Shown here: positions 56,160-64,000 of the stretch, piece by piece
Layout: every line of letters begins with the position of its first letter
Numbering within the stretch: the stretch's first letter is position 1
From: Epithemia pelagica
Taxonomy: Eukaryota; Protista; Bacillariophyta
NCBI GenBank assembly: GCA_946965045.2
Contig: OX337236.1
Coordinates: forward strand, 372,001-436,000
DNA: 64,000 bases
Direction of reading: 5' to 3'
Made by a program: the position numbers and the translations under genes
Notes under the pieces: model-generated
What the model saw: the letters and a program-made list of their open reading frames with translations, nothing else
The model's database searches: none
What the model was told of the DNA's origin: nothing

Positions 56160-57119
56160 ATGCCATTCTTCTTTATTCGGTTCAAGAAAGCAGCACTTGC
56201 TGTACTGTTGGCCAAAACATTCTATGAACAAGCGATTCCTGCCCATGGGGCATTTCACGTCAACCAACAACGTCCTCGGGTCCGTGACAACCTTTGGTTG
56301 CATTTGGCACCGCAGCAACTCGGAACCTTCGAGAGTCTGGAACCAAAGGATCAACGACGAAAGGTATCGACCGAGTTTTATGGACTGTACGACGGTGAAG
56401 GACCCGTTCCATTTCAAAGTGCCTGGACGATTCAACAGAATGTGCAGCAAGCACAGTTTGACCAAATGTCGAGTGAACTAAACGGTGGAAAAGCTGACCT
56501 TAGTCTGCATGTTTCTCCGGATTCTCTCGATACAGTGTTGTTTGTTCAACACGAACCCGTGTTCACGTTTGGAACAGCTTCGGATTATGACTTTTTGCTC
56601 AACGTGGATACGGATATCCCAATCTTTGATATCTCCAGAGGAGGAGAGATTACCTACCATGGACCCGGACAACTTGTCGTCTACCCGATTCTAAACTTGC
56701 GAAACTACCAGCAAGATTTGCATTGGTACATTCGAGCTCTGGAAGAGGCGGCCATTCTTGCCATTTCCTCCAAACTCCGTGACGACGCCCCGGAAGAAAC
56801 ACTGCTGACGCCGACCCGATGCAATGATATTACCGGTGTCTGGTTGGACAACCACAAAGTGGCTGCCATTGGTGTTCATGCTCGACGATGGGTGACACAA
56901 CATGGCGTTGCCATTAATGTGGAGGAACACTGCTTGGAACCGTTTGAACAAATCGTACCCTGTGGTCTGGTGGGTCGCAAAGTCGGATGCTTGAACCAAT
57001 TCTTGAATCGTCCAATCACAGTCTCCGAATTCGTTCCCTACATGATGAGGGCAATGGAAAGTATCTTTCAAATGGATTTGGATACAACGACAAACAGTCA
57101 ACAATCAGAAGCGGTTTGA
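56160..57119 (+). CDS. lipB: Octanoyltransferase LipB/LIP2, probably plastid
   Basis: VQHEPVFTFG, RGGEITYHGPGQLVVYP, KVAAIGV, HGVAINV and PCGL motifs; signal-like N-terminus with HGA-F. Confidence 0.9.
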   Translation: MPFFFIRFKKAALAVLLAKTFYEQAIPAHGAFHVNQQRPRVRDNLWLHLAPQQLGTFESLEPKDQRRKVSTEFYGLYDGEGPVPFQSAWTIQQNVQQAQFDQMSSELNGGKADLSLHVSPDSLDTVLFVQHEPVFTFGTASDYDFLLNVDTDIPIFDISRGGEITYHGPGQLVVYPILNLRNYQQDLHWYIRALEEAAILAISSKLRDDAPEETLLTPTRCNDITGVWLDNHKVAAIGVHARRWVTQHGVAINVEEHCLEPFEQIVPCGLVGRKVGCLNQFLNRPITVSEFVPYMMRAMESIFQMDLDTTTNSQQSEAV

Positions 57120-57925
57120 GTGTTGATGGTCAGAGAAGCAGAGTCTCTTCTCGATTGGACTATATTCATTTTCTAGTTCCATGCACAATTCTGGTTCGCT
57201 TGACAGACCTTGCAACCTTGAGCTTGGTCAATTGGGCACATTGAACAACAAGTTGAAAGAGTAGCCGGAAGGTAATGAATTGGATTTCCAATGGCGCTCC
57301 AATGCAACAATCTTACTTTACCTTTCTCGCAGCCTTTGCGCACAAGCTGTGGGTAAAATGGATTCTTGTTTGCACGAGAGAGAATAACATTCTTTGGATG
57401 CCTTACCTTGCTGGATCTGCCTTGGAGCACAAAGTCTGAAACGGACTGGCTTGAGATGCATTTGTTATAAAAATTCAGCCTAGCGAATAAGTGAAAGACT
57501 TTCTACTGTAGGATCTTTATTCAGCACACGTGTTCCAAGTGGAGTCAAGGATCTAGGTAGGTAGGTAGAGGTGATGAACCAAGGCAAACAGCCGAAACTC
57601 ATTGTACCTCATGGATCACAGAATTCCGCCTGCACTCCAAGTGCATCGTCGTACCTCAGCGGCAGGGAACGTCGTTGCAGGAATGTCTGGCATTGGAATG
57701 GAACACACGGTGTGAATACTCGACGGACTGGGACACTGTCCAAAGAGCGGTCCGAGAGCGGGGAACCTTCTGTTGCTGAAAGAGATAGGAATAAGCGAAG
57801 GACTGGGACACTGTCAAGGAGGAACTTTTTGTTATCGTAAGAGCAACTATCCCAATCATTCGTAACTGCTTCTAGTTTATTATTGTACCTCCGACTCCTA
57901 ATAGCTCGGGTGCAATAGATGAGCA

Positions 57926-59833
57926 TTAAATGTTCAAAAAGACCCGCCGGGCCACAAACTGAGCAGCACCCGAGGCGTCCTTTTGGTTCGCCACAACAGA
58001 GGCACCATCCGTGGCAGGTGTGGGAACTGTCGAGGAACTACTAGTTGCAACGGCGGCACGGTTGTTCTCGGTGAACAATCGTGCCACAATGGCACGCGTT
58101 TCATTCATGACGGGGAGGTGTCCACAAACGACAAACCCTGTATTCTTCAAGGGCAAGAGGCTATCGTTTGACCGTTCCTTGTTGGCTCCAGCTGTGCGCC
58201 AGTCCGATTCCATCACGTGTTGCACATAAATTTTGTGGTCCTTATTCTTCTCCTCCTGGAGAGCCTTCTGAATGCGGTTTCCGCGTTGAACGGCTCGGTC
58301 AATCTCATCTCTCATGGAAACGCTCTCGTTTTTACCCCCACTGCTTTTGTTGCTTGTCACCAGTGTCAATTGGATAACGTTGGATTTCACGAGTTCCTCG
58401 AGTGTTTCTCGGTAGGGCAAATGCTGTACATCCCTCAAGCCATGGTAGACGTGGATCCGGAGGCCGTTGTCGCCGCCCACCAGGGGCCTCAGCATGTCAA
58501 TGGCCGACAAGGCGCCGCTCAGGCCCGATCCGGTAGTGACAATTACAATTTGTTTCACCGCTTCCTCATTGTCCACCGCTTCTTGATTCTCCGTCGTTGC
58601 AGACTTGATGGTATCCATGAGATAGTCGTATTGTTGGTTGTAAAAGGCGGAGATAATGGGATTCACAAAGAGTGGGACGTCGGGTTTCACCGGGGACCAT
58701 TCTCCATCCTTGGGAGCCCCGTGAGATTGTTTCGTCAGCTCGTTGGCCCGCAGCAGGTCGGCAATTTTGCGAACCTCCCATCGCAGCGATGGATCCGGCT
58801 TGGATACGAGGAATTCGATTTCCCCGGGAATGTCACATTTGGCGACGGCGCACGCCAGTTCGTAGACTTCCTGGGTGGCTGGATCTTGGGTATTGATTCG
58901 CACGACGCCTCCGGCCAATCGATTCTTCACAATGGCATTCCAATGATCCACATCGACTCCAATCGTCACGTGATCCAGATAGTCCGCCAGGCGTCGTCGT
59001 CGGATGCGTCGAATGGGGACCCAATCGTCGGGACAATCGCTTCCAAACCAATTGCACGGGCACTCGAGACAGCCCGTGGCCGCGGGTCGACAACTATTTT
59101 TTTGGCACAAGAGACCCAGGCCGGTGGGACCGGGATAGCGCTCTTTGCGAATTTCGGGAATGAGACAGTGAATCGAACAGGGCTCGGTCTCGACCGGATA
59201 AGCCTTGCCGTCACTGTACAATTGGCAGGGAATGCGCGGCCGTGCGTGCCGTGGCGTGAGGACAAACCACGTCCAGAGGGCTGCCGTCGTGATACAATGC
59301 TCTCCTTGACAACCCACACGACGCGTGTCCATGCGACAGGCTTGTTGATTGGGGTTTGGGGCCGTTGCACACCACTCGCCACACAGGGGAATCTGCTGGG
59401 TTGTTGTGTTCTGGTCTGGTACACTCTTGTGGTTGTTGTCGGCGTTGTTGTGGTGCGGCGGATGCGATTCTTCCTCGCACAGTGTTTCGGAGTTTGACTC
59501 GAATACACTGTGCACAATCATGGCAGCACCCAGGGTCGCCACAAGGGCGAACCCGGCACAAGACTTAAAGGCTTTGGCCTGCCTGGAAGATCCCCCTACC
59601 CCATGGACGGCGGACAACAACGGTCCGGCAGGGGGCGAGAAGAGCCGTCGGTAGAACCGCCACTGTTGGGCACCATACACGACCATGCCCAGTTGGCGGT
59701 TCCAGGCTCTGCGAGTGCAATCATAAGCGGTGAATGGAACCATGCCCTTGTTTCTCCGGCCGCCGCTCACTGCGAGCACCATTCCCTTCTCCCCAAAGTG
59801 GTTTGATTGTTGCGACGAGAGGAGGACGGGCAT
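57926..59833 (-). CDS. Ferredoxin-NADP-reductase-like FAD/NAD(P)-binding oxidoreductase with N-terminal Cys-rich domain
   Basis: EFLV; VTTGSGLSGALS; VYHGLR; VQH; VVCGH..M; C-terminal VFLNI. This matches the FNR-like NAD-binding fold. Start uncertain (59833, 59782 or 59743). Confidence 0.65.
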   Translation of the reverse strand: MPVLLSSQQSNHFGEKGMVLAVSGGRRNKGMVPFTAYDCTRRAWNRQLGMVVYGAQQWRFYRRLFSPPAGPLLSAVHGVGGSSRQAKAFKSCAGFALVATLGAAMIVHSVFESNSETLCEEESHPPHHNNADNNHKSVPDQNTTTQQIPLCGEWCATAPNPNQQACRMDTRRVGCQGEHCITTAALWTWFVLTPRHARPRIPCQLYSDGKAYPVETEPCSIHCLIPEIRKERYPGPTGLGLLCQKNSCRPAATGCLECPCNWFGSDCPDDWVPIRRIRRRRLADYLDHVTIGVDVDHWNAIVKNRLAGGVVRINTQDPATQEVYELACAVAKCDIPGEIEFLVSKPDPSLRWEVRKIADLLRANELTKQSHGAPKDGEWSPVKPDVPLFVNPIISAFYNQQYDYLMDTIKSATTENQEAVDNEEAVKQIVIVTTGSGLSGALSAIDMLRPLVGGDNGLRIHVYHGLRDVQHLPYRETLEELVKSNVIQLTLVTSNKSSGGKNESVSMRDEIDRAVQRGNRIQKALQEEKNKDHKIYVQHVMESDWRTAGANKERSNDSLLPLKNTGFVVCGHLPVMNETRAIVARLFTENNRAAVATSSSSTVPTPATDGASVVANQKDASGAAQFVARRVFLNI

Positions 59834-60056
59834 TACTCATTACTCCTACTCCCCTAGCTAGCTTTTCTGTGATGAAAAAAGAGGGTAGATTTCGTTTTCC
59901 AGTGGATAGCTCTACGACGAGTACGTACTTCGACCTCTTCGACACTTTCGTGTGCGTGCACGTGCACCACCATGGCGATTCCATTGTGCCATTGAATTCT
60001 GTCATACGGAGAACCAAAAGCTTTTGGTTCCAGTCTGTAGACGACTCTGGCAATGG

Positions 60057-60758
60057 ATGGTTGGCGGAAGATTCGGAAATTGGCCCTTGTCATGGTTTTG
60101 CTTCTCTAAATGTAGTAGTGGCTTTTCTCTAAGCATTGCACGAAGTCGATTGGTCCCACCGTTTCCAGTTGGTGGCCGCATTCATTCTACGACACTGTTG
60201 CAGCGAAATTTGTCGTCCGAACAAAATCAAGACCCGGCATGGAACTCACAAGAACCTGCCGAACCAACAGGAGACTCCAAGGATGAGAGCCCCGGCCCCA
60301 CCAAGCATTCCGTCACTTGGACGACGGCCGAGGGAACGGTTCACTTTGACGCCTGGGAGGGAGAACTCTTACGGACGGCCGCCTTGCGACGAGGCGTCGT
60401 GAGTCCCCACAATGGCCAGGCCACGTTCATCAATTGTCGGGGATTGGGAACCTGTGGCACGTGTGCGGTCGAAGTCGAGGGACGGGTCGCATCGCCGGAC
60501 CGCAATCCACGCGAACGACTGCGATTGTCCCTGCCGCCCCACAATCCGAAACGTCAATCTCCGCGGCTGCGATTGGCCTGTCAAATTCAAGTCCAGGGGG
60601 ACCTGTGTGTGACCAAACGGTCGGGATTTTGGGGCCAATCCGACGCACTCGCTCCGTCCAGTGCACATCAAACCCATTTTGGCACTCTGGAGTATCTACT
60701 CGATGGGAAATCGCCGGATCCACCCACCACCAAGCCAGAGAAGGACAGTCCTCCTTGA
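60057..60758 (+). CDS. 2Fe-2S ferredoxin-like protein, probably plastid-targeted
   Basis: NCRGLGTCGTCAVEV ... RLACQIQVQGDL.V.KRSGFWG; N-terminal extension with SSG-F. Confidence 0.88.
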   Translation: MVGGRFGNWPLSWFCFSKCSSGFSLSIARSRLVPPFPVGGRIHSTTLLQRNLSSEQNQDPAWNSQEPAEPTGDSKDESPGPTKHSVTWTTAEGTVHFDAWEGELLRTAALRRGVVSPHNGQATFINCRGLGTCGTCAVEVEGRVASPDRNPRERLRLSLPPHNPKRQSPRLRLACQIQVQGDLCVTKRSGFWGQSDALAPSSAHQTHFGTLEYLLDGKSPDPPTTKPEKDSPP

Positions 60759-61903
60759 GAAAATTCAAACGAGCGACTGTCTTGGAGGCAGTAGTGTGGT
60801 TGCTCGTCGAAAGAGGAGCAGTCTTTCCTCTCACTATTCTCTGGAGGGAGGGAGAACGTGCCTGTCACCTATATCGACGAGTTGGAGCGACAATGGATGC
60901 GGTCATTGGACATGATTTCTCCCTGTACCGTCTCGTGGACAACAACGATAGACCTTTTTGTCTCTAGAATTGGACCAGTCACGGGTCCATAATGGTTTTA
61001 CCATGCTTGTGCTGCCCCATGAAAACTGTTTCTCTCCTACGGCAAGGGTACCAACGGATCCACTAATGTGTGTGAGATGAAAACAAGCACTGGTTCTCCC
61101 AAGGGTCCCCGAGTTGGCCTTGCTCATCCTGGACATTCGTGTGTCGTTTGTGTGGGGTGGTCGTGTTCTGGATTTCAATAGCATGACAAAAAGGACTTGA
61201 CTGTAGATGAATGGTTGTGGCACACGTGTCATGTGAGAAGGACGGATGGCAAATCCCAAGATGAACAATCTTGACTGGGTGGACTTATATAGAGCCGTGT
61301 GGTGTACAAAATCTGAATAGGTAGTCCACGAGGACGACAAGTCAAGGATCATTGACTTTTGTCGTTCTCTTGGACCACTCCTTAAGATTTTGTACTTCAG
61401 CGCGCGCCTTGCCACGAGAAATCGTCATGCAATGGTAACCTTAGCCGTGGGATCCTGTCTCGCTAGTGGTGGTGGGAGCGGACAATCATTTCGTGTGGCG
61501 CGCAAGTCTTGGAAACGTACGGTAGCTGGATGTGGGATCTTGCGCCATTCGAAAGGAAAAGAATTTGTGGTGTTGCCGGCGACTGTCTGAGTAGCAACAA
61601 ACGGATGGTATCATTATTGTCTGGAACGAAAGGATAGCAGTGATGCTGATATAATACCCTACTCTAGATGATTCACATTTCAGCCGTGGTTGCCACGAAG
61701 ACCAACACAAAGAAAGGAGGGTTTGTATTCTGCAAAATATGAGCGTGGAACGGGCTTGTGGTGGGGCGCACGTCTGGATTCTCTATCGCTCGTCATTACA
61801 CTTTTGAGCAGACACGTGGTCGTTGTTTGCCATGACTCCAACGCCTGGGTGTTCCGAAGAACACATCACAGTCGCGTACGCGTGGTGATTCTTTTTCGCC
61901 TTC

Positions 61904-63892
61904 ATGGCCAATGGCAGAAACTCAAAAGTTTTGTTCCTTCGTCGTCGTGCTCCAAGAAGGATGAACCTTGTGGATGCAACAATCATGAAGGCACATGCAA
62001 GGCCAAAGAAGAATCTCACTAGACTGGTGTCTTTGGCGTCGTTCTTGGTAGCACTGACTTGGGTCCATCCAATCCAAGCATTTCAGGCGCAGTTCTCGTC
62101 GAGTGTCACTCGACCATGGTCTTCCCATCCGCCAGCAACAAGAGGGAATCTCCACCACTTGGTTCCACCACGCCAGCATCATGATGTTTCTCACAAGCGA
62201 CGACGACGACAACGGCAGCAAACCATTGTGTTGTCTCAGGAAAATGGTGGAACGACCAATCTGGTGCATGAATCAATTGACGCAGAGGTTGTGGCAGTGG
62301 AGGAGCCTGTGACTACAGAAAACTCGATCGAGTCGACGGCAGAATCCTACCAAGCCGAAATGGAGTTGCAATTGCCGGATCAAAATACAAGTGCAGTCTC
62401 AGCGATCCACAACTCGCAAACTGGATCCTTTTCTTGGCGACAACGACTACGACGAGCCATGCCGGGCTATGTGGACGACAAGCCGAGCCGCCACAAACAA
62501 GCCAACGGCAACAAGGAGAATGAGGACGACGACGACAATAACGTTCTACATGGATTGGATCGTTTAATTTTGGGATTGGCCATTCCCTCCATGATCAATT
62601 TGGCTGTGGTGCCCTTTGTGAATAGTGTCGATACCTTTTGGGTGGGTCGCATGGGCATTGCCTTGGCGCTGGCTGGTCAAGCCGCGGCCAATCAAGCCTT
62701 TTTCACCCTTTACTTTTTGGTAGCCTTTTTGCCCACCATTACCGCACCCTTGGTGGCCGCGGCCGTGGGATCCGGCCAGGAAGAAGAAGCACAAGCCCGT
62801 GTTTCGGAATCGCTCTTTTTGTGCAATGTGCTCGGTGCCCTGGGAACCATTTTGCTGGTCGGATTTCCGGAAACCAGTTTGGGATTGGTCTTGCCGGCCG
62901 GAGCTCCCGCCATGGAATATGCCAAACCATACTTGAGATTTCGAGGTTTGGGTGTCATTCCGGCCTTGCTGTCGGCCACGGGCTTTGCCGCCTATCGCGG
63001 ACTTTTGGATACCGTGACACCGCTCAAGGTGAGTTTGGCCACCAACTTGTTGAATTTGGTATTGGATCCCTTGTTGATTTTTGTGTCTCCCCTCGGCTTT
63101 GTGGGAGCGGCCGTGGCCACCATCTTGTCGGAAGCGGCCTCGGGCGTTACCTATTTAAAACTCTTGTTGCGCCGCAAACTTTCCACCTGGCGTCTCCTCG
63201 TTACGCCGCCCCCCTGGAAGTCGATTCTTCCCATTTTGCAAGGGGGCTTGTCCATTTTGGGTCGTCAAGCGGCCCTCAACATTGGCATTTTGTTGGCTGC
63301 TCGACGAGCGCAAAGCATGGATCCGACAGGAGTCGCGGCCGCCGCCTATGGCATTGTCATGCAATTCCATTCCTTGGGCATTGTCTTGCATGTGGCAGTC
63401 CAATCCACTGCGGCTACCTTGGTCCCAGCTGCCTTGGCCAAATCGGGAGAGACTCATGCCCGTCAAGTCGGCGATCGAATCTTTGCCTGGGGGTCCATTG
63501 TAGGCTTGGTCCTGGGGGTCGTCCAAATGGCAGCGCTGCCCTTGGTGGTACCCCTCTTTTCCACCCTACCCCAAGTCCAAGCCGCCGTTCAAGGTCCGGC
63601 GGCCTTGTCGGCCTTGTTGCATGTCTTGAATGGACCCGTCTTTGCCGGGGAAGGTGTCATGCTGGGATTGGGATCCTTTCGCGATTTAATGCTGATTACA
63701 GCCGGTGGCATTGCCTCCATGATTGCCGCCCTGTGGGCCTTGGGACAACAACGATTGAATGGCATCTTGTGGTCCTTTGTCGTCTTTTCCACCCTGCAAG
63801 CGGTCGCCGTCGTGACACATTATCTCAAGATTGGACCCTTGGCGATCCGGAACAAGGACAACAAGAAGAAAATGCCTCTTCTACTTGGCTGA
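61904..63892 (+). CDS. MATE (DinF-like) efflux transporter, probably plastid-targeted
   Basis: LAIPS...L.VVP....VDT..VGR.G, YL..R.LG.P, G.YRG..DT.TPL, N..N.VLDPLLIF and multiple TM helices; signal ending IQA-F. Confidence 0.9.
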   Translation: MANGRNSKVLFLRRRAPRRMNLVDATIMKAHARPKKNLTRLVSLASFLVALTWVHPIQAFQAQFSSSVTRPWSSHPPATRGNLHHLVPPRQHHDVSHKRRRRQRQQTIVLSQENGGTTNLVHESIDAEVVAVEEPVTTENSIESTAESYQAEMELQLPDQNTSAVSAIHNSQTGSFSWRQRLRRAMPGYVDDKPSRHKQANGNKENEDDDDNNVLHGLDRLILGLAIPSMINLAVVPFVNSVDTFWVGRMGIALALAGQAAANQAFFTLYFLVAFLPTITAPLVAAAVGSGQEEEAQARVSESLFLCNVLGALGTILLVGFPETSLGLVLPAGAPAMEYAKPYLRFRGLGVIPALLSATGFAAYRGLLDTVTPLKVSLATNLLNLVLDPLLIFVSPLGFVGAAVATILSEAASGVTYLKLLLRRKLSTWRLLVTPPPWKSILPILQGGLSILGRQAALNIGILLAARRAQSMDPTGVAAAAYGIVMQFHSLGIVLHVAVQSTAATLVPAALAKSGETHARQVGDRIFAWGSIVGLVLGVVQMAALPLVVPLFSTLPQVQAAVQGPAALSALLHVLNGPVFAGEGVMLGLGSFRDLMLITAGGIASMIAALWALGQQRLNGILWSFVVFSTLQAVAVVTHYLKIGPLAIRNKDNKKKMPLLLG

Positions 63893-64000
63893 GTGGGAGT
63901 AGTAGCCGTTTCATGAAGCTATCGAGAATGGTGCCATGTCATCTGACCAACAAGAGAATGCTACTTTATGACAAAGTATCCATTCTCCTACACCAGATCC

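Noticed and set aside
57725-57815. 16-bp direct repeat GGACTGGGACACTGTC, 75 bp apart (CRISPR-like?)
   Set aside because: Only two copies, eukaryotic context, no cas genes; a simple local duplication.
60903-61415. 170-aa minus-strand ORF between the ferredoxin and MATE genes
   Set aside because: No recognisable domain and composition unlike the host genes; unsupported.
1-64000. tRNA, rRNA or CRISPR loci
   Set aside because: None recognisable by eye; a covariance-model scan (tRNAscan-SE, Infernal) would be needed to exclude small ncRNAs.

Overview
Eukaryotic nuclear DNA, most likely from a pennate diatom: short GT-AG introns, bipartite signal/plastid presequences and CoDi-type Ty1/copia elements. 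The window holds about 20 host genes: FSH1-like hydrolase, IMPACT (interrupted by an in-frame TAA), EFL1, UDP-sugar pyrophosphorylase, RPL23A, a Kelch protein, two LipB paralogs, an XRCC4-like protein, an ARM protein, R2R3-MYB, MgtC, MPS1, an FNR-like protein head-to-head with a 2Fe-2S ferredoxin, and a MATE transporter. Mobile DNA includes a 3'-truncated RNase H-bearing LINE, a truncated copia, an intact copia with identical LTRs, and several MITE-like inverted-repeat elements. The strongest candidate for an undescribed system is shared by the two very divergent copia elements. (i) LTR ends are not TG...CA but C...G (CG...CG; CA...TG), with an apparent 4-bp TSD. (ii) Both carry the same 15-nt primer-binding site, complementary to a tRNA-Ile anticodon arm read as GAU (half-tRNA priming, possibly a copy of inosine-34). 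(iii) gag and pol are in frame and separated by a single UGA-C stop, suggesting readthrough. A second candidate is a tandem paralog pair sharing an unrecognised WPP + WRKY/GCM1-like zinc-finger domain. All calls come from reading motifs; no database searches were run, so novelty is unverified.
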